The position numbers were made by a program, and so were the translations under genes. Positions 9,712 through 18,937 of a DNA stretch of 64,000 nt are shown one piece after another. The notes below the pieces were generated by a model. That model searched no databases, was not told the origin of the DNA, and saw only the letters and a program-made list of their open reading frames with translations. This stretch comes from an uncultured Gammaproteobacteria bacterium (GTDB lineage Bacteria > Patescibacteriota > Patescibacteriia > S139-126): assembly GCA_964620905.1 (NCBI GenBank), contig CAZUKA010000001.1, positions 18,141 through 82,140 on the forward strand, in the 5' to 3' direction. The stretch's first letter is position 1. The number at the start of each line of letters is the position of its first letter.

Positions 9712-11031
9712 ATGAACAAAAATAAATCATCTGACAATCAACCAGCCAAAGGTCAAACTACTACCGAGGGGATTGAGGAGCTGTATGTAAAAGAACCCTC
9801 GTTTTTTCATCGTCCCTTGGTTGAGCATTCGGGAGTCTTGCGGACCTATTATTTTCTAGTTTGTTTAGTAGTGGGTATTTTTGGTGGAATTTTAGGAGAA
9901 CTCTTTGTCAACAATTATTTTTCTTCTCAAGGTTTACAGCTGACCAGTTTTTGGCAACCAGCAGCTGATAGTACTTCTGATGAAAAACAGCAGGTAATTA
10001 TTTTGCGTTCTAGTGAGGCAAACAAAGCAGAAAGCACAGCACTTAGCAGTTTGGTGGAAGCGGCTGGTGCAAGTGTGGTAGGGGTATTTCCAGAAAAAAA
10101 AGCAGGTGAGTCAATCTGGGATAGTATTTATTTGCCCAGTGAACAGCTGGGCAATGGTTTGATTTTAACTTCTGATGGCTGGATTGTTACTTCTGAGCAG
10201 GTGATCAATACCACGAGTAGTGATTTAGTGGTGGTATTCTCTGATAAAAATATGGCCAAAGTTGAAAGAGTTGTGATTGATAAAGCTTCAGGAGCAGTTT
10301 TTATTAAAGCTGATGCCCAAGGATTGAAAGTAGTAAAATTTGGTAGTAGTCAGATTTGGTTTCCTGGTGAGCAACTATTGGTGTTGGCTAGTTCGGTGGC
10401 TAGCGGAAAGTATAAAACCGCTTTAACCAATTTAGCTAGATTAAATTACCAACCAGCTCAAAAATCACAAGATTTGTTGCAAAACTCTGAGACCTACAAG
10501 GAAAAAGTTTTACTCAAAGATGCAGTTGATAGAGAATTTTTTGGTAGCCCAGTGGTAAATTTGAAAGGAGAGATAATTGGTATCTTATATGGCGGACAAT
10601 TGTCACCTAGCTCCAGTGAACTTTCAGGAAATATTGTAATACCACATAACTATTTCTCACAGGTTTTAAAGAATTTATTGGCAAATGGAGAAATTGATAG
10701 ACCATATTTGGGAGTAAATTATCTTGATTTGGCCCAGATAGTAGGTTTGGATAAAAATGTGAGCGAGGGTCGGCAGAGCGGAGCGGTTTTATATGGTGAA
10801 CGAGGTACTTTGCCGGCAGTGATGCCAGACAGTCCAGCGGCTAAAGCTGGATTGAAGGCAGGTGATATAATTATCAAAGTGAATAATGAAACCGTTGATA
10901 CCAATAATTCTTTGACTGAACTAGTGCAGCAATACAAAGTAGGAGATGTTTTAAAACTAACTATTATTTTTCAAGGTACAGAAAGGGTAGTGGATGCGGT
11001 ACTGACGGCAAAGCCAAAGGTTGGAAATTAG
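9712..11031 (+). CDS. HtrA/DegP-like (S1C) protein with PDZ domain, catalytic triad degenerate
   Basis: N-terminal TM; GNGLILTSDGWIVT; GSPVVNLKGEIIGI; PDZ motifs RPYLGV and SPAAKAGLKAGDII. Confidence 0.85.
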   Translation: MNKNKSSDNQPAKGQTTTEGIEELYVKEPSFFHRPLVEHSGVLRTYYFLVCLVVGIFGGILGELFVNNYFSSQGLQLTSFWQPAADSTSDEKQQVIILRSSEANKAESTALSSLVEAAGASVVGVFPEKKAGESIWDSIYLPSEQLGNGLILTSDGWIVTSEQVINTTSSDLVVVFSDKNMAKVERVVIDKASGAVFIKADAQGLKVVKFGSSQIWFPGEQLLVLASSVASGKYKTALTNLARLNYQPAQKSQDLLQNSETYKEKVLLKDAVDREFFGSPVVNLKGEIIGILYGGQLSPSSSELSGNIVIPHNYFSQVLKNLLANGEIDRPYLGVNYLDLAQIVGLDKNVSEGRQSGAVLYGERGTLPAVMPDSPAAKAGLKAGDIIIKVNNETVDTNNSLTELVQQYKVGDVLKLTIIFQGTERVVDAVLTAKPKVGN

Positions 11032-11085
11032 AATTTTGAATCGCGAATTTATATTTTGCATCAGGAAATCTTGAATATAAAAATG

Positions 11086-11116
11086 AAAAATCTCGCTACT
11101 CGGGCGAGATTTTTTA
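11086..11116. terminator. Bidirectional terminator
   Basis: AAAATCTCGC-tactcgg-GCGAGATTTTTT between convergent genes. Confidence 0.7.
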
Positions 11117-11205
11117 GTTTAGATACTTCATAAATTTGGATTAATTTGCAAAATTAAAATTAACTAGTGATTAGTTATTTAAATTAATTATTATAAATTC
11201 CAGAA

Positions 11206-11487
11206 TCAACTCTCTTCTGTTACCAGCTCCGAAGAAGGGGAGTATTTACGATTGCGGATTTTCCATCGGTCAGAATATTGTCCTAAGCCTTGTTGATAAA
11301 ATTGATTACGTCTCCGAGTACTTATTTGAGACCATTCTAAAACCGAACTAAAATTTAATTTGTATCTCCCTCTAACGACAATATACTTAATTTCTTGTCT
11401 TTTGATAGCTTGTCTGATAGTTTTGGTGCTTACCCCAAATAAGTGACTAGCTTGGGTAATTGATAAGCGAATTATTTTTTCTGTCAT
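11206..11487 (-). CDS. Excisionase/MerR-like helix-turn-helix DNA-binding protein
   Basis: LSITQASHLFGVSTKTIRQAIKRQEI..RGRYKL. Start placed at MTEKIIRL. Confidence 0.75.
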   Translation of the reverse strand: MTEKIIRLSITQASHLFGVSTKTIRQAIKRQEIKYIVVRGRYKLNFSSVLEWSQISTRRRNQFYQQGLGQYSDRWKIRNRKYSPSSELVTEES

Positions 11488-11864
11488 TTTATTTAAATTA
11501 TAGAATATTCTATACTTTAATTGTATAGTATTTAATAAATAAGTCAATAATTGTTACTTTTTTGATAATAAGACGTATAAATAGAAAGAAATTTCTAATT
11601 ATTAATTACTAATAACTAATCAATGATTTAATTTAAGAATTAATTAATTAGTAATTCATTAGTAATTAGAAATTAGTTATTAGTAATTAAATAATGCTAT
11701 TTACATTTCCCAAGCAATTAGCTAGTATAACTTTATGCTAAATTTAGACTAATTTTCCCGAAAATTTATTATGTTTGTAGGGTTAATTAGTTTTTTTATT
11801 GGCTAAACTTTGGATATTTATTATTTTGTTGTGTAATATATCGGACAAATAATCGTCTTAACAA

Positions 11865-12428
11865 ATGAAAGCATTTAAAAAAATTACAGAGGCTTTTTTA
11901 CTGGAACGGCTGAAAAAAGGAGATTCAGACGCTTTTGCCCAAGTTTATGATGAATACGCCGACAAAATTTACCGTTTTATTTATTTTAAGGTTGACAACC
12001 AGCTGTTAGCAGAAGATTTGACTAGCCAAACTTTTTTAAAGTGTTGGGAGTATATTCGCCAGGAACAAAAAACAGTCGAGAATATTCAAGCTTTTTTATA
12101 CCGTATTGCTCGTAATAATGTGATTGATTATTATCGAACTAGAAAAGAAACAACGGATTTATCTGCCGCTATTGGACTTGATGATCAAAAATTGCCTCTA
12201 CCTGATGAAAAAATTAGTATTGACCAAGATACAAACGTGATGATTTCGGCTCTGGCAGAACTGCCAGATGATTACAATGATATAGTGACTTTGCGTTATA
12301 TTGAAGAATATACAGTCAGAGAAATTGCCGGTATTTTAGGAAAAACCGAAAACAATGTTCGCGTCACACTCCATCGCGCTATACAAGCACTAAAAAATCA
12401 AATTAAACAAACATTAGACAAGGATTAA
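11865..12428 (+). CDS. ECF RNA polymerase sigma factor
   Basis: AFAQVYDEY..IYRFIY, AEDLTSQTF, AFLYRIARNNVIDYYR; region 4 EIAGILGKTENNVRVTLHRA. Confidence 0.92.
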   Translation: MKAFKKITEAFLLERLKKGDSDAFAQVYDEYADKIYRFIYFKVDNQLLAEDLTSQTFLKCWEYIRQEQKTVENIQAFLYRIARNNVIDYYRTRKETTDLSAAIGLDDQKLPLPDEKISIDQDTNVMISALAELPDDYNDIVTLRYIEEYTVREIAGILGKTENNVRVTLHRAIQALKNQIKQTLDKD

Positions 12429-13454
12429 ATGGATAAGTTAAATAAAAATTTACAAAGTTTAAGAGCAATAAAACTTGATAGTCAAGCCAAAGCCAGAGGG
12501 CGCGTGGTTTTATTGTCCAACTTAGCTTCTGATCAAACGGAAAAATTTTCTCTGATAAAATATTTAATTTCCCACCCATTGGTTTTGAAGCCTCTGACTT
12601 ATGTGGCAGCGGTGGTTTTGTTGTTTTTATTTGGTTCCTCCTATACTTTTTCAGCCGCCACCAACGCTTTGCCCGGCAATACTTTGTATCCAGTCAAGTT
12701 GCAGTTGGAAAAGTTGCAAGTTACTATGACTTCTGACCAAATGCTGAGAGCTAAAAAACAAATTGAGTTTACCGACCGGCGTTGGCAAGAATTTCAAAAT
12801 ATTTCCGAATCAGACGTCTTGTCTTTGGAAAAACAAGAGCAAGTAGCCAGAGCCGCTAGATACTTCAATGATTCTTTGCAAGAAATGAAAAATAGCCTAA
12901 ATGAAGTAAGTCAAGTAGAGAAAAATACTACCACCAATGGCGCAGTTGATATTGCTCAACTAGTCAACACCAAAACCAAACAGTATGAAGAAAAATTGGC
13001 TGGAGAATATGTTGATCTGCCAATTTCAGTTAAGTTGGTGATTGCCAAAGAAGTAGAAGAGATAAAGTTTCAGTCATTGGAGTTGTTGGTGACTAAATAT
13101 GAACAAGGCAGTAGTAGCGTTTCTCAAAGCGAGGTGGAAGCACAGTTACAAAGTAAAATTATATCTTTGGTAGAAAAAGCCAGTACCATGTCTGGAGATA
13201 GGCAAACTACTGCTTTGGAAAAATTACAATCAGTCCAAACGGCACTGTCTGATAAAAAATATTCTTTGGTAGTAAGTTCTATTCGTACTTATGAACAGTG
13301 GTTGGCAGAGGAAAAAGCCAAAGCCGAAGCAACGACCGAAGAGGCAACTACAACAGAAGGTGAAGTTTTAGGTGAAGAAGAGGTGGTTGACGAGACAGTA
13401 AATACTGTGAGTGATGTTAGTGCCAATACTTCAACAGAGAAAATAGTAGAATAA
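12429..13454 (+). CDS. Putative anti-sigma factor (DUF5667-like)
   Basis: Directly abuts the ECF gene; TM followed by ALPGNTLYPVKLQLE motif; helical extracellular part and acidic tail. Confidence 0.7.
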   Translation: MDKLNKNLQSLRAIKLDSQAKARGRVVLLSNLASDQTEKFSLIKYLISHPLVLKPLTYVAAVVLLFLFGSSYTFSAATNALPGNTLYPVKLQLEKLQVTMTSDQMLRAKKQIEFTDRRWQEFQNISESDVLSLEKQEQVARAARYFNDSLQEMKNSLNEVSQVEKNTTTNGAVDIAQLVNTKTKQYEEKLAGEYVDLPISVKLVIAKEVEEIKFQSLELLVTKYEQGSSSVSQSEVEAQLQSKIISLVEKASTMSGDRQTTALEKLQSVQTALSDKKYSLVVSSIRTYEQWLAEEKAKAEATTEEATTTEGEVLGEEEVVDETVNTVSDVSANTSTEKIVE

Positions 13455-13507
13455 AAATTACTTGCCTGGTATTCTGAAAAAAGTATTTTAAAAAACAAAA
13501 TTTACCT

Positions 13508-13674
13508 CTACTTTTTTGACAACAAAAAAGTAGCAAAAAATTGCGTCCAATGCTTTGGTTCAGGCAAAATTGCCAATCCGCTCGTGTGCCTCTCAAAATC
13601 GCTTGCGCTAGTTGAGAGGCAAAATTCACTCGCTCCTTGACAATATTTGCACTTCACAAAGCAAATGGCCGAAT
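13508..13674. repeat. ~165-nt structured repeat, copy 1
   Basis: Homologous to 21219-21380; nested stems. Confidence 0.8.
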
Positions 13675-13763
13675 AAAAATAAATTAAATGTTTAAAAATT
13701 TAGATTTATTTACAAAATTAGAAAATTAAAAATTAAAAATTTTTTAAACGTTTGAAATTTGTA

Positions 13764-14082
13764 GATTTATGTCTATAGCTTTCAGACTTTTAAAGTCTGT
13801 GTCCCGCGCACGCGGGATAAAGTAGATCTTTGTTAGAACTTTGAATCATTCGGCCCTTCGTGTTATTTCACGTTTGGGGGCTTTGGCAAAAAGTGAACAA
13901 GCAGATAGTTCTTTGCCAGTCATAAATGACTGGGTACGCTGCTTGTTCTAGACGAGCGGCATTTAGAACACTGCTTAGAGTTTGCTTTATAAAAATGCCA
14001 TTTGACCAAAGGTCGGACCAACGTAATCAGTAACCAAGATAAGCCTGGGTGGTTCTTTCGTTGCAATGAGTTCTAGCAAGAC
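13764..14082 (+). ncRNA. Long structured 5' leader (or ncRNA) upstream of the S-layer-like gene
   Basis: Many stems: CAGACTTT/AAAGTCTG, TCCCGCG/CGCGGGA, GAACAAGCAG/CTGCTTGTTC, CCAGTCAT/ATGACTGG, GGCATTT/AAATGCC; closing stem TTGTTAGAACTT/GAGTTCTAGCAA. Confidence 0.6.
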
Positions 14083-14109
14083 CTAATTATTAAAAAACAC
14101 AAACACTGT

Positions 14110-17100
14110 ATGAAAAAGTTTTTGATTGGCAGTTTGACAGTCATGACCGTAGTTTGGGCCATGGGTTTGTCTGCTTTCGTAGCAGTCCCAGCCTCAGCTG
14201 CTGTTGGTGATCTTGTTAAATCTGCTTCATCTAGCACAGTCTATGTAGTAAAGGCAGACGGTGTCACAATTTGTCAGTTCCCACATGCCAATGTTTACAA
14301 GTCATGGGGATATCCATCAAATTTCAGCACCGTTATGACTAAGGACCTCTCCAGCTACACTGTAGGATCAAACATCGAATTTAGAGATGCTTCCTTAGTG
14401 AAGGGAGATGGCCCAGCTGTATACCTCGTATACAACAACATGAAGAGACCAATTGTTTCTGATGTGGTCTTTTTGGCTCTCGGTTATGACTGGGATGATA
14501 TTACCTGGTTATCCGATGCATTTTTAGCTGATTACACCACTGGCGCGGTAGTTGATTCTTCAACTATGCACCCAGATGGTCAAATCGTAAAATATGCTGG
14601 AAATTCAGCGGTTTATCTCATTGATAACGGCATGAAGCGACCATTTGCTTCAGGTGCGGCTTATGAAGCCAATCGTTATTCTTGGAGTGACATTATTACT
14701 ATCCCTGACACCGAGACCTATCCAAATGGCTCAGCCATTTCAGGTTATGAGCAAGCTTTATCCTTACCAAATTGTATTGGTACCTCAGCAACTCCAGCTG
14801 GTAGCGGTTTGACAGTAGCTTTGTCTGCTTCAACCCCAGCCGCTGGTAGCATTATCACTGATTCATCCAATGGAGGTCAGGCTTTAGCTTCTTTCACCAC
14901 TGTTAACTTCACCGCCTCTTCTGATGGTGATGTTAAAGTAACCAATTTGAAGTTCAAGAGAACAGGTGTATCATCTGATACCTCACTTGATAACATGTAT
15001 CTCTATGATGGTAATACCAAACTTACTGATGGTGGTTCACTATCAAGTGGTATGGTTACCTTCAACAATTCAAATGGTTTATTCACAGTTCCAGCCGGCA
15101 CTACCAAGTCCATCACAGTTAAAGGTGATGTATCTACCACTGCCACCGCTGGTCAGACTATTGGTTTTGAATTATCCGGTTCCGCTTGGGTTACCACCAA
15201 CGGTGCATCCGTTTCTGGTAGTTTCCCGGCCTCTGGACATTTAATGACCGTAGCTTCTGTGTCTGATTTGGCCAAAGTTGGTGTGGCTACAACTTCTGTA
15301 GCTACAACTGTTGATCCTGACTCCACTGATGTAGTGGTTTGGCAGGGTACAGTTTATACCACCAACCAAACTGTGGCTTTGCACTATGTTAAATTTACTT
15401 CCCTCGGCAGCATTCAATATGATGACTTGAAGAATTTCAAGTTATATGATGGTGGCACTTTGGTTTCCTCTGTTGCCAGCATGACTTCTGACCGCGAAGT
15501 AATGTTTGACTTAACTGGCAGCCCAGTTAATTTCACTGTTGGTCAATCCAAGACCTTCAAAGTAATGGCTGATGTCGTCAAAGGTTCTACCCGTACTTAT
15601 AATTTCACTATCCAAGAAGCAACTGATATAGTTGCTAAGGATACCAATTATAATGTGTATGTTACTTCCAAAGTAACTAGCTCTTATGCTAACTGGGTGG
15701 TACTTAAGATGACTACTGATACTCAAATTAATTCTGGTGATTTAACTATTACCAAAGCCAATACCTCACCAACTGGCAATGTTGCTCAAAATGGTACCAA
15801 TGTAAAAGTTGCTACCTTTGAGTTGAAAGCCACTGGTGAAGATATGAAGGTAAAAGATTTGAACGTTAAGGCTGATTTTTCTTCAGGTTATGAAGGTGGT
15901 CTTGACAATGGTAAAGTATTTTTCAATGGCGTCCAAGTTGGTTCTACCAAGGATTTAACTGAAGCTGGTACCATCAACTTTACTTTTGGTTCAAGTTTGA
16001 TTGTTCCAGCCGGTACTACAGGTGTATTGGATATCTATGCTGATATACGTTCAGCTACAGGTACTACCATCACTGATGGTTCTGACGTCACTGTTTCTTT
16101 GGAAGCAGGCAGTTCCAATGTCCAAAAGATGGCATCACTTGGCTATACTAGCGCTCCAAGCGCCTCAGTACCAGCAAATAGTTTAAATGTAACCGCTGGT
16201 TCATTAAGTATTACTGAGTACTCTGCTTATACCAACCAAACCATGGTAGCAGGTAGTAACAACGTCAAGGTTGGTAGCGCTGTGTTTACCGCTGGATCAG
16301 CTGAAGGTGTCAATGTGACTTCAATCACAGTTGATTTATCAGCTGCTGAAGCTGGTAGCTCTACTAACATGTATTTGATGAAGGATGGTGTACAAATTGG
16401 TGTTACAAAACCAACCTTGTCCACTTCCAACATCTTTTCAGTCAATTTCAGCATCCCAGCTTCTGGTAGCCAGATCATTGATCTGTATGCCAGTTTGAAG
16501 AGTAATGCCGGACAAGGTACTTGGGAAGCTTCTATGTCTGCTGAAGGTGTAGGATTAACCACCAACAACACAGTTACTGCTGGTGCCCAAGCTTTACAAG
16601 ATATTACCATTGGCACTGGTGCTTTAACTGGTGTAGTTGATGCTTCCAGACCAGATGCTGATATAATCTTAGCTGGTACTACTAAAGTCTTGATGAACGC
16701 TATTAAGTTTACTGCTCAGTATGAAGACTTCAATGTTCAAGAAATGACTTTTACTGCAGACAATGCTACTGGTAATTTCCAACAACATGTTGGTGCAGTC
16801 ACACTTGAATATCCAACTCAAGGTGGTGGCACAGGTACAGCTCTTGGTTATATGGCAGGTGGTAGTGTTACTTTCACAAACCTTACCTTCTATATAGCAA
16901 GAGATACTTCAGCTGTGTTGAAAGTTTACATTGATGTTCCATCACTATCATCTGGCACCATTTCTGGTGGCACTGGTAGTATAAATTGGGATGTTTCTGC
17001 TACTTATAAGCATGTCGGTTTAGGAAGTGGTAATACTGACAGTGATGCTGATTCAGCACCTGGTATAGTTGCTGCTTCTGATATTGATGGTAATGACATG

Positions 17101-17634
17101 GTAGTAAGAAAGACCAGACCAACAGTAACCTTGGTTTCTTTACCAGCTACTACTTTGACTGCTGGTGATAAGACTCTTTCCAAGTTTACCGTAGCGGCTG
17201 ATGCTAAGGGTTCTATTGAACTCTTTGAATTGAATTGGGATGTTGCCACCTCAGGTGTAGCCTTCACTAGCCCGAGATTGTACAACGATGCCAATCCAAG
17301 CACAGTGTTAACTGCTTCTGGTACTGCAGCGTTTACTACAACCGGTTTAGAATATAAGCTTACTACCCCAGAGCAAATTGCTGCTGGTTCAAGTAAGACC
17401 TATATCTTAGTAGGTTTAGCTGGCGCTGTTTCCAACCCAGCAAGTGTTTCTACTAATTTAGATGCTGATTCAAGTGGAAGTACCGGTACACTTGGTACTC
17501 TCATGGGTTCAGCTACCTTTATTTGGTCAGATCAATCAGCTGTTCCACATACCTTACATACAGCTGACTGGGCAGGCGGCCTATATGTGAAGACTTTGCC
17601 ATCTGGCACTCAAACATTATATTATCCTAATTAA
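14110..17634 (+). CDS. Large secreted S-layer-like surface protein (1174 aa)
   Basis: Signal peptide ending ASA; three N-terminal ~50-65-aa repeats; repeated beta-rich Ser/Thr/Gly/Val Ig-like modules; strongly biased codons (GCT/GGT/ACT/ACC/TTC); strong terminator. Confidence 0.7.
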   Translation: MKKFLIGSLTVMTVVWAMGLSAFVAVPASAAVGDLVKSASSSTVYVVKADGVTICQFPHANVYKSWGYPSNFSTVMTKDLSSYTVGSNIEFRDASLVKGDGPAVYLVYNNMKRPIVSDVVFLALGYDWDDITWLSDAFLADYTTGAVVDSSTMHPDGQIVKYAGNSAVYLIDNGMKRPFASGAAYEANRYSWSDIITIPDTETYPNGSAISGYEQALSLPNCIGTSATPAGSGLTVALSASTPAAGSIITDSSNGGQALASFTTVNFTASSDGDVKVTNLKFKRTGVSSDTSLDNMYLYDGNTKLTDGGSLSSGMVTFNNSNGLFTVPAGTTKSITVKGDVSTTATAGQTIGFELSGSAWVTTNGASVSGSFPASGHLMTVASVSDLAKVGVATTSVATTVDPDSTDVVVWQGTVYTTNQTVALHYVKFTSLGSIQYDDLKNFKLYDGGTLVSSVASMTSDREVMFDLTGSPVNFTVGQSKTFKVMADVVKGSTRTYNFTIQEATDIVAKDTNYNVYVTSKVTSSYANWVVLKMTTDTQINSGDLTITKANTSPTGNVAQNGTNVKVATFELKATGEDMKVKDLNVKADFSSGYEGGLDNGKVFFNGVQVGSTKDLTEAGTINFTFGSSLIVPAGTTGVLDIYADIRSATGTTITDGSDVTVSLEAGSSNVQKMASLGYTSAPSASVPANSLNVTAGSLSITEYSAYTNQTMVAGSNNVKVGSAVFTAGSAEGVNVTSITVDLSAAEAGSSTNMYLMKDGVQIGVTKPTLSTSNIFSVNFSIPASGSQIIDLYASLKSNAGQGTWEASMSAEGVGLTTNNTVTAGAQALQDITIGTGALTGVVDASRPDADIILAGTTKVLMNAIKFTAQYEDFNVQEMTFTADNATGNFQQHVGAVTLEYPTQGGGTGTALGYMAGGSVTFTNLTFYIARDTSAVLKVYIDVPSLSSGTISGGTGSINWDVSATYKHVGLGSGNTDSDADSAPGIVAASDIDGNDMVVRKTRPTVTLVSLPATTLTAGDKTLSKFTVAADAKGSIELFELNWDVATSGVAFTSPRLYNDANPSTVLTASGTAAFTTTGLEYKLTTPEQIAAGSSKTYILVGLAGAVSNPASVSTNLDADSSGSTGTLGTLMGSATFIWSDQSAVPHTLHTADWAGGLYVKTLPSGTQTLYYPN

Positions 17635-17676
17635 TTTTTGAGTTTAGTTAGATAGTAAAAGTACTTTACAACGCTT

Positions 17677-17716
17677 TCCACCCCCTGTTCCTATGGCAGG
17701 GGGTGGATTGTTTTTA
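17677..17716 (+). terminator. Intrinsic terminator
   Basis: TCCACCCCCTGTT-cctat-GGCAGGGGGTGGA followed by TTGTTTTT. Confidence 0.85.
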
Positions 17717-17986
17717 ATTACTAATAACTAATTACTAATTTTAAACAAATTAGTATTTTTTATTGGTTTTTGTTATAATTTTTATAGTTTATTTGTCTGT
17801 TAAGCTAGTATTTGATATTTAGATTATTGAATAAAAGGTTTAAAAAGTATTATTATTTTTTATTAATATTAAATTTTGTAATTTTTAATTTTGTAATTTT
17901 ATAAACAAAAGAATATAAATTTTTAAACATTTGAAATTAAAAATTATTTAAAAATTAGAAAATTTAAAAATTAAAAATTATATAAT

Positions 17987-18790
17987 ATGGAAAATCAACT
18001 AGACAACAATCAAACCAATCAACCAGTGAGTGAAAATAAAAACCAAAACCGGATTTGGTATTTGGTGATAATTATTGCAGTTTTGGCAGTGATTTCTTTT
18101 CTGGTTTACAATAATACCAAAGACAAAACCCCAAAAGTAAGTGAAGAACCAACTAATGGAGAAATATTAATGGGTGGAGAAGAACTATCTCAGTATTTTC
18201 AAAATGAAGAAAAAAAATTAGCTCCTGATGTTTTGCCGCCCGCAGAAATAAAAGTCAGATTTGAAGCTGATTTAGCTGCTGCCAAACAATATATAATTGA
18301 TGAAGAAGGCAAAGAACTAGGTAGTCCTTACCAAGGTTATATGGGAGTTGCCAATTCTTTGCGAGCTATGGGGAATTACGAAGGAGCTGAACAAGCCTAT
18401 TTTGATATGATAGAAAAATTCCCTAATGATGAACTTATCTATCACAATTTAGGTGTTTTATATGAAGATATGCATCAGTATTTGGAAGCAGCTAAGGCAT
18501 ATTCTACTTCTATAGCCAAAAAACCAGATGAGCTTATTGCCCATATGAAACTAGCTGATCTATATGTCAAATATTCAAGTCAACCAGGAAAAGCCAAAGA
18601 AGTATATCTCAAGGCCTTGGAAGCAACTGGAAATCATCCAGAAATGCTCAAAGCCTATGCAGGTTATTTGGAATATACAGAAAATAATCTATCCGAAGCT
18701 TTGCTGTATTGGAAAGAAGTTTTGAAAGCTTATCCTGATAATCAAGCGGTGAAGGAGAGAGTGGAAGAACTTGAAAACAAGTTAAAGTAG
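17987..18790 (+). CDS. Membrane-anchored tetratricopeptide repeat protein
   Basis: N-terminal TM; TPR-like YHNLGVLYEDMHQYLEAAKAY and AHMKLADLY. Confidence 0.8.
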   Translation: MENQLDNNQTNQPVSENKNQNRIWYLVIIIAVLAVISFLVYNNTKDKTPKVSEEPTNGEILMGGEELSQYFQNEEKKLAPDVLPPAEIKVRFEADLAAAKQYIIDEEGKELGSPYQGYMGVANSLRAMGNYEGAEQAYFDMIEKFPNDELIYHNLGVLYEDMHQYLEAAKAYSTSIAKKPDELIAHMKLADLYVKYSSQPGKAKEVYLKALEATGNHPEMLKAYAGYLEYTENNLSEALLYWKEVLKAYPDNQAVKERVEELENKLK

Positions 18791-18824
18791 CTTATAGTAT
18801 GTAGCTGTTAGCTTTTAGCTTAAT

Positions 18825-18886
18825 GATTTAAGAATTTAGAATTCATAAATTGTACTTCATAATTCATACTTCATAAATCATAAATC
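18825..18886. repeat. Heptamer inverted-array hairpin (empty site)
   Basis: GATTTAA/GAATTTA units followed by CATAAAT/CATACTT units. Confidence 0.6.
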
Positions 18887-18937
18887 TTATTAATATTTAT
18901 CCTTAATACTTAATTCTTTATACTTAATACTAATCTG

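Noticed and set aside
8118-11487. Prophage or integrative element at tRNA-Pro suggested by the excisionase-like gene
   Set aside because: No integrase, no phage genes and no duplicated tRNA 3' end was noticed.
14966-17303. Antisense and out-of-frame ORFs within the S-layer-like gene, with similar ones in dnaK, the ABC genes and GT genes
   Set aside because: Shadow ORFs explained by codon bias of the real genes; no motifs or start signals.
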